Positions 50,004-59,293 of a stretch of 64,000 nt of DNA are shown piece after piece (position 1 is the stretch's first letter; every line of letters starts with the position of its first letter). The notes beneath the pieces are model-generated. The model did no database searches, was not told the origin of the DNA, and was given only the letters and a program-made list of their open reading frames with translations. Made by a program: the position numbers and the translations under genes. The DNA comes from an uncultured Collinsella sp. GTDB lineage: Bacteria; Actinomycetota; Coriobacteriia; Coriobacteriales; Coriobacteriaceae. Location of the stretch: the NCBI GenBank assembly GCA_900757505.1, contig CAAEOE010000013.1:29193-93192 (forward strand), given 5' to 3'.

Positions 50004-51365
50004 ATGCTGCGCAGGAAAATAGCGGCAGAGCTGGAGCGTTGGCTGAAGTCTGCCGAGCAAAAGGCCTTATTCATCACGGGTTCTCGCCAGATCGGCAAAA
50101 GCTATTCGATTCGCGCGTTTGGCAAAGCCAACCACGCAACCTACATCGAACTCAACCTCATGGAAAATCGCCAGGCAAAAGATGCTCTTCTCGAGGCGCG
50201 AGATGCCGATGATTTCATCAGCAGGGTGACGCTTCTTTCGGGAAAGCCGATAGCGCCAGGCAAAACGCTCGTGTTTATCGATGAGGTCCAAGAGGCCCCC
50301 GACATCATGACGATGGCAAAGTTCCTTGTTGAGGACGGGAGGTGCCGCTGGGCGTTTTCGGGGTCAATGCTTGGGACCCAGTTCAAGGGTGTCAGGTCCT
50401 ATCCCGTGGGGTATGTCCACGAGCTTAGGATGTTCCCACTCGATTTTGAGGAGTTTTGCTGGGCAACCGGGGTGAGCGAGGGGGCTCGCCAAACGATACG
50501 CGACGCGTGTATCAGCGAGAAGCCCATTCCTGGTTACATTCATGACGCGATGATGGCAAACTTCAGGACCTATACCGTTGTCGGCGGAATGCCGGAGGTC
50601 GTGCAGCGTTTCCTTGACACGCAGGGCGACCTTGCCTCTGTTCGTCAGCTACAGTCCGAGCTCAACGAACAGTACCGACGGGATATTTCCAAGTATGCAA
50701 GCGGGCGTGCCCTTCAGGTGCAGAGCATCTACGATCAGCTCCCCATTATGCTTGAGGGCGAACACAAGCGTTTCGTGCTCAATTCCATTGACCCCAAGGC
50801 GCATTATGAGAAGTACCAGCGAGATTTTGTCTGGCTTGTCGATGCCGGCGTTGCTCTCAAAGCCGATATCGTAACCGAGCCAAAGTCGCCCCTGCTCAAG
50901 ACGGCACGGCCATCGCAGTTCAAGCTATACCAATTGGATACGGGCATGTTGATGGCGCGCTACCCCGTTGGAGTCGCCCAAGCGGCGTATCTTGATATCA
51001 AGGAGCCCAATCTGGGCGGCATTTACGAAAACGTGGTGGCCCAGCAGCTGGCTGCCCAAAATCGCCAGCTTTACTACTATCAGACAAAAAAGCGCGGTGA
51101 AGTGGACTTTGTGGTCGATGGACCGGATGGGACGGCTGTTCCGATCGAGGTTAAATCGGGCTCCTATTACCACGCGCACGCTGCGCTCGGTCATGTGCTT
51201 GATACGGCTGAATATGGCGTAAGGCTCGGGATTGTTTTCTCGAGAGGCAACGTTGAGCGCAACGGAGCGGTTCTCTATTTGCCACTATATGCGACCTGGG
51301 CCCTTACGGATGTTTTGGGCGACTCCTGTGCCGAGGGGATAAAGCTGGAGGTCAAGCCGGTCTAG
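50004..51365 (+). CDS. AAA_14 ATPase with DUF4143 and PD-(D/E)xK-like C-terminus
   Basis: GSRQIGKS, FIDEVQ, PLDFEEF, GGMPE, ENVV, EVDFV...PIEVKSG. Confidence 0.88.
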   Translation: MLRRKIAAELERWLKSAEQKALFITGSRQIGKSYSIRAFGKANHATYIELNLMENRQAKDALLEARDADDFISRVTLLSGKPIAPGKTLVFIDEVQEAPDIMTMAKFLVEDGRCRWAFSGSMLGTQFKGVRSYPVGYVHELRMFPLDFEEFCWATGVSEGARQTIRDACISEKPIPGYIHDAMMANFRTYTVVGGMPEVVQRFLDTQGDLASVRQLQSELNEQYRRDISKYASGRALQVQSIYDQLPIMLEGEHKRFVLNSIDPKAHYEKYQRDFVWLVDAGVALKADIVTEPKSPLLKTARPSQFKLYQLDTGMLMARYPVGVAQAAYLDIKEPNLGGIYENVVAQQLAAQNRQLYYYQTKKRGEVDFVVDGPDGTAVPIEVKSGSYYHAHAALGHVLDTAEYGVRLGIVFSRGNVERNGAVLYLPLYATWALTDVLGDSCAEGIKLEVKPV

Positions 51366-51522
51366 GACCAGTCCCGGATGTGACAAAGGGACAGTCCCTT
51401 TGTCACATTCATGAGTGTGGATTTTCTCCCGTTTAGAGCGCCGTTTCGCGCTCAAAGTGGGAGATTGTCCACGCTCGTTTTATGCCGATGTCGTGGCCCG
51501 TGTGCCCGCGCCGCCCGAGCGC

Positions 51523-51969
51523 CTACAGCTGCTCGAGCATAGCGGTGCAACCGGCGAGTACATCGCGGTAGGTGGCGTCGAAATTGCCGGTGTACCAGGG
51601 GTCGGCCACGTCGCCAGGGCGATCGGTCCAATCGAGCAGGCGCGAGATCTTGCCATCGGGGTCCTTCCCAAAAATTCGGTACAGGGCGCGGGCGTTCTCG
51701 TCGTCCATATAGACAATGTGGTCCCAGTCGCCATACTCCGCGCGACGCACCTGACGTGCACGATGTGCGACGACGGGAATCCCGACCTCGCGCAGCTTGG
51801 CAACGGTACCGTGGTGTGGCGGGTTGCCGATCTCCTCGGTCGAGGTCGCAGCGGAGTCAATGACAAACTCGCCCGCGCGCCCGGCGCGCCGCACCAGCTC
51901 GGTAAACACGGACTCAGCCATCGTCGAGCGACAGATATTTCCATAGCAGATAAAAAGAATGCGTTGCAT
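51523..51969 (-). CDS. Low-molecular-weight protein-tyrosine phosphatase
   Basis: CYGNICRS, DPWYTGNF. Confidence 0.92.
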   Translation of the reverse strand: MQRILFICYGNICRSTMAESVFTELVRRAGRAGEFVIDSAATSTEEIGNPPHHGTVAKLREVGIPVVAHRARQVRRAEYGDWDHIVYMDDENARALYRIFGKDPDGKISRLLDWTDRPGDVADPWYTGNFDATYRDVLAGCTAMLEQL

Positions 51970-52002
51970 GAGCGGCTTCCTTTCTAGGCGGTCGCGCAGG
52001 GC

Positions 52003-53373
52003 TTACAGACTGCTCTTGAGGCAGTTTGCTCCAATAAAGCCCGCTGCGTACAAGGGGAGGTGGCGCAGCTCGCGCCCGTCATCGGTTTCGCTGCGGGAAA
52101 AATTGTTCTCGGACAAAATGTAGGCATATGGCGATCGGGCTTTGTCCATAAACGACCCGAGGGTTCTCGCGCGCACGTTACGTGCGGACTTTACTTCGAC
52201 GGGCACAATTTCCATACGGTCGGTCTGAAGTAAAAAATCGAGCTCGCCGGTCGTCTTCCAAGACGACGGCGGCACCCAGTAATACGTCTGCAAGCTATTG
52301 CCCGAAAATGCTTGCATGACCGAGTTTTCCGCCAGGGCGCCTCGGAAGTCGGAAGATAGCGCTATGGCGGAATCCTCTTTGAGGTCGAGCCAGAGCCGCG
52401 GGTTGATGCCGAGTTTGTAGAACATGAGGCCGGTATCGAGAAGATAGACCTTAAAGAAACTTCCATCTTCGTCGTCGAAGGGAACGAGGGGAGGCTCGAT
52501 GCCTTCGGTCAGGTTGTTGACCGATATGATGCCGGCGCCTTCGAGCCAGTCGAGCGGCTCGATAAGCTTGGCGCGACGGCCTCCGCGTTCGACCTCGGAG
52601 TACTTGAATTTTTTTGTGGACGATCTCAGCAGCTGGGACGGAATGGAGCGCCAGACCTTGCGCGCCGCCACGCCGCTGATCCCGTTTTCGGGGTCGGTCA
52701 TATCGGCGGTATAGGTCTCGTCGATTTCGCGCTGCTCGACGCGCGCATCCTCGATGGATAACGTCTTGCGATATGCGTTGACGGCGGCGGGCATGCCGCC
52801 CACGATCTGGTATCGATGAAACAGGCTGAGCGCGGCTTGGTGCGCGGCGTAGGTCTCGAGCGTGCCGGCGTGGGTACGAATGGCATTGGCCATCTGCTCC
52901 TCGTCGAGCGCCCAGAGAAACTCCTCGAACGACATAGGATGCATGGTCTCTTGACGAACGCCGCTGGGAAAAGGCAACTTGCGCTTGCGCGTGGCGACGC
53001 CGAGCTGACTGCCGGTCGCGCATATGCGCCAGCCCGAACCCGAAAAAAAGCGAAGCGAGTTGAGCGCCCGTTCGCAGAGCTGCACCTCGTCAAACAGGAT
53101 GAAGGCGGTTTCTTTGCGAATGGGGGTGCGTTTATAGTCTGAGATTCGCGCCACGATGGCGTCAACGTCGTCGGTGGGACAGTCGAACAGCGGAGCGATC
53201 AGCTCAAGATCGGTCTGAAAGTCGAGTTTGACAAACGCATCGCCGGCGATTCGTCTGCCGATTTCCTCGGCAACGTACGTTTTGCCTACGCGTCGCGCAC
53301 CACGAATGAGGAGGGGGCGCGACGCGTCCTTTGTCGCCCATGATTCGATAACGGATTCGATTGATCTGCGCAT
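52003..53373 (-). CDS. AAA_14 ATPase with DUF4143 (second paralogue)
   Basis: GARRVGKT, FDEVQ, PMSFEEF, GGMP, ELDFL...PVEVKS. Confidence 0.88.
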   Translation of the reverse strand: MRRSIESVIESWATKDASRPLLIRGARRVGKTYVAEEIGRRIAGDAFVKLDFQTDLELIAPLFDCPTDDVDAIVARISDYKRTPIRKETAFILFDEVQLCERALNSLRFFSGSGWRICATGSQLGVATRKRKLPFPSGVRQETMHPMSFEEFLWALDEEQMANAIRTHAGTLETYAAHQAALSLFHRYQIVGGMPAAVNAYRKTLSIEDARVEQREIDETYTADMTDPENGISGVAARKVWRSIPSQLLRSSTKKFKYSEVERGGRRAKLIEPLDWLEGAGIISVNNLTEGIEPPLVPFDDEDGSFFKVYLLDTGLMFYKLGINPRLWLDLKEDSAIALSSDFRGALAENSVMQAFSGNSLQTYYWVPPSSWKTTGELDFLLQTDRMEIVPVEVKSARNVRARTLGSFMDKARSPYAYILSENNFSRSETDDGRELRHLPLYAAGFIGANCLKSSL

Positions 53374-53387
53374 GGGGCCGCCTTTCC

Positions 53388-53482
53388 AATTTCGTGTACT
53401 TCAGATACATAGTTTAGTACGATTTCATGTACTTGGAATACACGAAATAGTAGAAAAGTGTGTATCTGAAGTACACGAAATT
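53388..53482. repeat. Direct and inverted ~22-bp repeats upstream of the second AAA/DUF4143 gene
   Basis: aatttcgtgtacttcagataca (53388-53409), a variant at 53421, and a perfect inverted copy at 53461-53482. Confidence 0.85.
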
Positions 53483-53568
53483 GCACTGCTGGAGCTTGCA
53501 GGCGGATAAACACTACTCGTATGGGACGGTTTTCACCGGTTGCTCGCCACCCTGGGCTATGTTCGCCC

Positions 53569-54822
53569 CTATGCCTGCATCCGGGGCTGTGCTGATTGAC
53601 GACGGCGCTCCCAGCGAGCCAACTTAATCGTCACCAGCGTGAGCGCCCAGGCCACGAGCGAGAACACGGCACCGACCGCGCCTACATATGCAATGCCAAC
53701 TCCGCTTACCACGGCGCCGCCCACTGCGGTGCCAAACGAGATGCCGACGTTAAACGCCATGGGCTCAACCGAACTTGCGAGTACCATCGACTTGGGATGG
53801 CGGCTGCGTGCCACGTCCATAAAGTGCGTGATGCATGAGACCGAGAACAGGTACATGAGCATCGCCAGGCTAAAGACAAAGACCAGCGCGAGCGGCATGG
53901 CGGCGCCCACGGCAAACAGCCCGAGCAGTGCCGCCGCCTGCAGCACAAACGTAACCAGCAGCGCCTTCATGCCAAAACGCGCATCGATCCATCCGCCCAG
54001 GATGTTCGAGATCAGGCAGAACACGCCATAGGCCATAAGTGTGGTGCTCGCCTGAACGGTATCCATGCCCAGCACCTGCTCCAGATAAGGCGTCACGTAG
54101 CCGTAGAATACGTAGACCGAGCCCACGCCAAACAAGAAGATGAGCATGCCGGTGATGATACTCGGCTCGCGTAGTAGCCCCGCCTGCTCGCGGAAGGTGG
54201 CGGGCTCATCGGTCTGCCCGGCGCGAGGCATAAACGCCACGAGCGCGCTACAGATCAAAACGGCAAAGGTCAGCGTGCCGTACATGGCCACGTGCCAATC
54301 GAGTGTGTCGGCCACAAACTTGCCAATCGAGGTCACAAAGACCATCGCCACGGAAAACGCGCCGTACACGACCGAGATGGCAAGTGAGGTTTGCTGCGGG
54401 GATAGCAGCTCAGGGATGTACGTCACGCCCACGGCGAGCAGCGCACCCGAGACAGAGCCCAGGACAATGCGTGAGATAAACAGCACCTGGAAGTTGGGAG
54501 CCAACGCCATGACCAGGTTGCCGAGCACAAAGACGACGCTATAGCACACGAGCAGCTGGTAGCGGCGGAATCGCCCCGTGCTGAGCGCGAGCACCGGCGT
54601 CGCGATAGCGTAGACGAGCGCAAACACGCTGATGAGCTGGCCCGCAGTGGCAAGTGATATGCCGAGTTCCGTTGCCAAGTCGCTTTCGATGCCGATGACC
54701 ACGAACTCGGAGCAGCCGAGCGAGAATCCCAACAGCACGAGCAGCGCCAGGCAGAGCTTGGTGCGCGCGGGGGAGAGCGCGGCGGCGGTTGGCTTACTTT
54801 TAGGCGTGGTTGCGGCGGTCAA
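53569..54822 (-). CDS. MFS transporter, DHA1/AraJ-like
   Basis: GCSEFVVIG, AGQLISVFAL, AFNVGISFG; about 12 TM helices. TTG start after GGAG is inferred. Confidence 0.87.
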   Translation of the reverse strand: MTAATTPKSKPTAAALSPARTKLCLALLVLLGFSLGCSEFVVIGIESDLATELGISLATAGQLISVFALVYAIATPVLALSTGRFRRYQLLVCYSVVFVLGNLVMALAPNFQVLFISRIVLGSVSGALLAVGVTYIPELLSPQQTSLAISVVYGAFSVAMVFVTSIGKFVADTLDWHVAMYGTLTFAVLICSALVAFMPRAGQTDEPATFREQAGLLREPSIITGMLIFLFGVGSVYVFYGYVTPYLEQVLGMDTVQASTTLMAYGVFCLISNILGGWIDARFGMKALLVTFVLQAAALLGLFAVGAAMPLALVFVFSLAMLMYLFSVSCITHFMDVARSRHPKSMVLASSVEPMAFNVGISFGTAVGGAVVSGVGIAYVGAVGAVFSLVAWALTLVTIKLARWERRRQSAQPRMQA

Positions 54823-54918
54823 GGTTGTCACTCCAATGTCGCATGAATAAGCGGGATTCAATCCCTGCAACTCTAACAGAATGTGACAAAGGGGCAGTCC
54901 CTTTGTCACATGGAGGGC

Positions 54919-54949
54919 TTGCTTGTATAGTCGCAATACAGGCGAAGAT
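54919..54949 (+). promoter_or_regulatory. Putative MerR-type promoter/operator 1
   Basis: TTGCTT, 19-bp spacer with dyad tgtatagtcgcaataca, GAAGAT. Confidence 0.55.
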
Positions 54950-54983
54950 GGTCTCAGGTACATCGCGGGCGGCAGGAGATCCC

Positions 54984-55931
54984 ATGGGTATGCACACGAC
55001 AAAGGTTGCAGTGGGCGAGGGCAAGTTTGCGCTCGAGGCCCAGCTGACGGTGACGCCGCGAGGCATGGCGGTGTACGCCTGCTCGCCGGAGTTTGCGCAC
55101 CTGGGCGCCACGGCGCAGGCCATTCCGCGCCCCGAGCCCGGCCGTACGGCAACGGTGAGCATCCTGGCCGTTCCGTGCCATCGAGACGAGATCCCGGCGC
55201 ACGATATCGCGGCGGCGCTGGCCACGCGCTTTGGCGTGCCGGTAGTTGCAAGCACGGGTTTTCATGTTGAACAAGCGAGCGGTGACGACCTGCAGCGCGT
55301 GCTCGACACCACCAAGGAGCTCATCGCCGCGCTCGAGGAAGCCGCAGCCCGCATTCTGCGCGCCGGCTGGGATGAGGGCGGTGCGGGCGCCGAGGTCGTG
55401 GCGGTCGATGCTGCGACCGGCGAGGCGCTTGGCCCCGTCGACCGCATCGAGGCCCATGCTGGTGAGGGCATCCTGCATCAGGCATTTCTGACGCTTTTGG
55501 TCGAGGGCCGGGGCGAAGACGCGCGCCTGCTGCTCTGTCGCCGCAGTCCGCTCAAGCGCCTGTGGGGCGGGGTGCTGGCCGATAGCTGCGCCGGCCATCC
55601 GCTCCCCGGGGAAGACGTCGCGGCCGCCACGGCGCGCCGCATCAACGAAGAGCTCGGCATTACGCGCGAGCCCGATCAGCTCAAGCACCTCGGACACGTG
55701 GTGTACCGCGAGGACCACGGCGACGGTCGCTGCGAGTGCGAATGGTGCGAGGTCTACCTTGCCCATGTTGAGCCGGGCGAGCTGCATATCAACCAAGAGG
55801 AGATCTCGGAAGTGCGTCGCGTGGCTCCGTCCGAGCTCAAAGGCTACCTGCAGGGTCACCCCGAGCAGCTGGCCCCCTGGCTCCGCGAGGCCCTCGGCGA
55901 CCCATTCATCCGCACGGCCCTCGCTATGTAA
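54984..55931 (+). CDS. Fusion of an LpdD-like prenylated-flavin chaperone domain and a type-1 IPP isomerase-like Nudix domain
   Basis: N-part: HLGA.A.A.PRP...S.L..P.HRD....A..LA......V.S.GFH. C-part: AH.GEG.LHQAF, RRS..K.LWGG, DSCAGHP.PGE, ARR..EELGI, YR, ECEWC, APW. Confidence 0.75.
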   Translation: MGMHTTKVAVGEGKFALEAQLTVTPRGMAVYACSPEFAHLGATAQAIPRPEPGRTATVSILAVPCHRDEIPAHDIAAALATRFGVPVVASTGFHVEQASGDDLQRVLDTTKELIAALEEAAARILRAGWDEGGAGAEVVAVDAATGEALGPVDRIEAHAGEGILHQAFLTLLVEGRGEDARLLLCRRSPLKRLWGGVLADSCAGHPLPGEDVAAATARRINEELGITREPDQLKHLGHVVYREDHGDGRCECEWCEVYLAHVEPGELHINQEEISEVRRVAPSELKGYLQGHPEQLAPWLREALGDPFIRTALAM

Positions 55932-55956
55932 AAAAGACAGTCCCTTTGCCACATCC

Positions 55957-56021
55957 AAACCGTCACAACATTCGGCGAAAATCTCGAAAACGAGGAAAAG
56001 CGTCGAATGTTGTGACGGTTT
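55957..56021. repeat. 65-bp palindromic repeat; second copy at 60879-60943
   Basis: aaaccgtcacaacattcg..gaaaatctcgaaaacgaggaaaagcgtcgaatgttgtga.ggttt, each copy just after a REP palindrome. Confidence 0.85.
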
Positions 56022-56057
56022 TTGTCTAGGGAATCGCTTCTCATCCAAAAAATCCGC

Positions 56058-56088
56058 TTGACTGTATTGCCGCAACACAGCGCAACGT
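56058..56088 (+). promoter_or_regulatory. Putative MerR-type promoter/operator 2
   Basis: TTGACT, 19-bp spacer with dyad ctgtattgc-c-gcaacacag, CAACGT. Confidence 0.62.
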
Positions 56089-56172
56089 AAGGGGTGTCCG
56101 ATAACGGGCGCCCCTTTTTAAGCGGCAACATGGCTGCGAATTCGGAGCGCCCCCAACAAGAAAGGTGGGGAG

Positions 56173-57630
56173 ATGGAAGCGGAAAAGAAGGCGTTTAAGA
56201 TCACCAAGCGCGAAATTGGCTTTGTGCTGGGTATCGTTGTCTTTTTGCTGGTGAAGTTTCTTCCTTTGGCGGAGCTGAGCTCGACGGTCGAGCTCACGGT
56301 CGGCGGTCAGACCTGTCTGGCACTGACGCTCGCCACGGTGGTGTTCTGGGCATGCGGCGTGGCACAGCCGGGCTTTGTGGGCCTGCTCTACTGCGCACTG
56401 CTCGTCCTGTTCAAGGTGTGCGTGGACGACACGGGCGCCGCGAGCATCTCGGCGACGGTCGCCTCCACGTTTAGCTCGTGGACCAAGGCCACCATGTGGC
56501 TCGTCATCGGCGCCTACCTCATCGCCAGCGCGGTCAAGGAGTCGGGCCTGGGCGAGCGCATCGCCTACGCGTTCATGCTCAAGTTCGTGCGCGACGCCAA
56601 GTCGCTCATCATCTCGATCTTCGCGCTCACCTTTGTGCTGTCGCTGCTGATCCCGCATCCGTTCCCCCGCGCCTTCCTCATCCTCGCCGTCGTCTCGGTC
56701 ATCGCCGAGTCCGCCGGCTACGGTGACGACGACAAGGGCAAGCTCGGCTTCCTCGTGTTTGCCGCTGCCGCCCCGGGTTCCATGTTCTTCCTGACGGGCG
56801 ACTCCACGCTTAACCCGCTCGTTGCGCAGTACAGTGCCGAGGCCGGCGGCATGAGCCCGTCCTTCGTCGACTGGTTCCTGTACATGAGCGTGCCTATGCT
56901 GGTTGCGCTGCTGTGCACCCTGTTCCTGGGCCTTTTCCTCTTTAAGCCCAGCAAGGAGCTCGTCTACGATCGCGAGCAGATCGTGGCCAAGCAGGCCGCG
57001 CTCGGCAAGCTCTCCGTCAAGGAGATCCGCACCATCGTGTGGCTTGTCATCGCCATCGCGCTGTGGCTCACCGTCTCGGGCGACTATATCGGCTGGGTCA
57101 CCCTGGCCATTGGCGTTGCTCTCGCCATGCCCATCATCGGCGAAGTCCTCACTCCCGCCAGCTGGAACGCTGTCGACATCAAGTCCCTCATGTTCCTGAC
57201 GGCCGCCATGGCCGTGGGCTCCGTGGGCGGTGCCACCGGCATGAACGCCTGGATCGCCGACGTCGTGCTCCCCAGCTCCGTGCCTGAGAACATCTTCCTG
57301 TTCGCCCTGCTCGTCGCCGCGCTTTCCATGATCATCCACATGTTCATGGGCTCGGTCATGGCCGTGCTCGGCGTGTGCGTGCCGGCATTTATCAGCTTTG
57401 CCGCCGGCTCCAGCGTGAGCCCACTCGCCGTGGCGCTCATCGTCTTCACGTCCATCAACATCCACTACATCCTGCCGTTCCATAACCTGCCGATCCTTAT
57501 CGGCGAAGGCAAGGACGCCGGCGGCTACACCTCCAAAGAGGCTATGCGCATGGGCATCCCCCTCACCGCGGTCGTCTTTGTCGTCGTGCTGGTCGAGGCC
57601 GCCTGGTTCCACCTCTTTGGCCTGATGTAA
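56173..57630 (+). CDS. SLC13/DASS family anion transporter
   Basis: Multi-TM; SGLGERIA, WNAVD...L, ATG..AWIA, YILPFHN, GGYTSKE. Confidence 0.85.
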   Translation: MEAEKKAFKITKREIGFVLGIVVFLLVKFLPLAELSSTVELTVGGQTCLALTLATVVFWACGVAQPGFVGLLYCALLVLFKVCVDDTGAASISATVASTFSSWTKATMWLVIGAYLIASAVKESGLGERIAYAFMLKFVRDAKSLIISIFALTFVLSLLIPHPFPRAFLILAVVSVIAESAGYGDDDKGKLGFLVFAAAAPGSMFFLTGDSTLNPLVAQYSAEAGGMSPSFVDWFLYMSVPMLVALLCTLFLGLFLFKPSKELVYDREQIVAKQAALGKLSVKEIRTIVWLVIAIALWLTVSGDYIGWVTLAIGVALAMPIIGEVLTPASWNAVDIKSLMFLTAAMAVGSVGGATGMNAWIADVVLPSSVPENIFLFALLVAALSMIIHMFMGSVMAVLGVCVPAFISFAAGSSVSPLAVALIVFTSINIHYILPFHNLPILIGEGKDAGGYTSKEAMRMGIPLTAVVFVVVLVEAAWFHLFGLM

Positions 57631-57772
57631 GCGGTCGAGCGCCCCGGCTGTAAGCAGCCAAGCGCTTGAACTTCGAGTGGTCGAGCGCTCCATTTGTGAG
57701 CGCCGCGGCCCCATTACGTTACCCCGTCCGGCGGCACCCCGTCGCCGGACACTCTCCCGAAAGGAGTACGCC

Positions 57773-59260
57773 ATGTCCACTACCGATGCTTCCCAGATCC
57801 ACGACCTGCGTTCCGCGCTCGACTTTTTGCGTGAGATGCCGGGCCAGCTGCTCGAGACCGACACCCAGGTCGATCCCGATGCCGAGGTCTCGGGCGTCTA
57901 CCGTCACGTCGGTGCTGGCGGCACCGTCATGCGCCCGACCAAAGAGGGTCCGGCGATGGTCTTCAACAACGTCAAGGGCTTTGACGACGCCAAGGTCTGC
58001 ATCGGTATGCTTGCCAGCCGCAAGCGCGTTGCCGCCCTGCTCGACCTGGACGAGGAGCACCTGGGCCTCGAGATCGGCAAGCGCTTCGAGAACCTGATCG
58101 CCCCCGAGCAGATCGCCGAGGGCAAGCACGTCGACTGCCAGGAGGTCGTGTACAAGGCGACCGACGAGGGCTTTGACCTGCGCAAGATCGTTCCCGCTCC
58201 CACCAACACGCCCGTTGACGGCGGCCCCTACATCACCATGGGCCTCGCCTATGGCACGAGCCCCGATGGCACCCAGTCCGACGTAACCATCCACCGCTTC
58301 TCCTGCGTCGACAAGGACAAGCTCGCCATGTGGATCACCCCGGGCAGCCGTCACCTGGGTGCGTTCTTTGACGAGTACTGCCAGCGCGGCGAGGATATGC
58401 CCATCTCCATCTCCATCGGCCTGGACCCCGCCGTGTACATGTGCTGCGGCTTCGAGGCTCCCACCACGCCGCTCGGCTTCAACGAGCTGCAGATCGCCGG
58501 CGCCCTGCGCGGCCGCGCCGTCGAGCTTGCCGACTGCGTCACCGTTCCGCAGAAGTGCATTGCCAATGCCGAGTACGTGCTCGAGGGCTACCTCATGCAC
58601 GACGAGACCATCAACGAGGATGTCAACGGCCACGGCTACGCCATGCCCGAGTTCCCCGGCTACACCGGTGGCGCCAAGGTCTGCCCGGTGATCAAGATCA
58701 CCGCCGTCACCACGCGCGTCAACCCCATTATGGAGAGCTGCATCGGCCCTTCGCACGAGCACGTGTCCATGGCCGGTATCCCCACCGAGGCCTCCATCTA
58801 CAAGATGGTCGAGACCGCTATCCCGGGCCGCCTGCTCAACGTTCACGCCGCTCCCTGCGGTGGCGGCAAGTTCGTTGCCATCATGCAGTTCAAGAAGTCG
58901 AGCAAAAATGACGAGGGCCGTCAGCGCAACGCCGCCATGCTCGCCTTCTCGGCGTTCTCCGAGCTCAAGCACGTCATCCTTGTCGACGAGGATGTCGACA
59001 TCTTCGATATGAGCGACGTGATGTGGGCCATGACCACGCGCTTCCAGGCCGACGTGGACCTCATCACCATCCCCGGTTGCCACTGCCACGTGCTCGATCC
59101 GTCCAACGACCCCGCGTTCGATCCTTCGATCCGCGAGCACGGTATCGCCTGCAAGGCCATCTTCGACTGCACGGTTCCGTTTAACCTCAAGAAGAACTTC
59201 ATCCGCTCGCAGTTCATGGAGATCGATGAAGAGAAGTGGGCCGCCGAGCTCGCCTTCTAG
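57773..59260 (+). CDS. prFMN-dependent UbiD-family decarboxylase, AroY/LpdC (protocatechuate/gallate) type
   Basis: DLRSAL, GVYRHVGAGGTVMRPT, PAPTNTP.D.GPYIT.G, AMPEFPGY, DEGRQR.AA..AFSAF.ELK, HVLDPS. Confidence 0.88.
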   Translation: MSTTDASQIHDLRSALDFLREMPGQLLETDTQVDPDAEVSGVYRHVGAGGTVMRPTKEGPAMVFNNVKGFDDAKVCIGMLASRKRVAALLDLDEEHLGLEIGKRFENLIAPEQIAEGKHVDCQEVVYKATDEGFDLRKIVPAPTNTPVDGGPYITMGLAYGTSPDGTQSDVTIHRFSCVDKDKLAMWITPGSRHLGAFFDEYCQRGEDMPISISIGLDPAVYMCCGFEAPTTPLGFNELQIAGALRGRAVELADCVTVPQKCIANAEYVLEGYLMHDETINEDVNGHGYAMPEFPGYTGGAKVCPVIKITAVTTRVNPIMESCIGPSHEHVSMAGIPTEASIYKMVETAIPGRLLNVHAAPCGGGKFVAIMQFKKSSKNDEGRQRNAAMLAFSAFSELKHVILVDEDVDIFDMSDVMWAMTTRFQADVDLITIPGCHCHVLDPSNDPAFDPSIREHGIACKAIFDCTVPFNLKKNFIRSQFMEIDEEKWAAELAF

Positions 59261-59293
59261 TAAGTAGCCCTACCAAGTAGTTAAGGAGTTGTC

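Noticed and set aside
54810..55251. N-terminal extensions of the MFS (to 55251) and of the fusion protein (from 54810) in the ORF track
   Set aside because: They overlap each other and a REP; RBS-supported starts are at 54822 (minus) and 54984 (plus).
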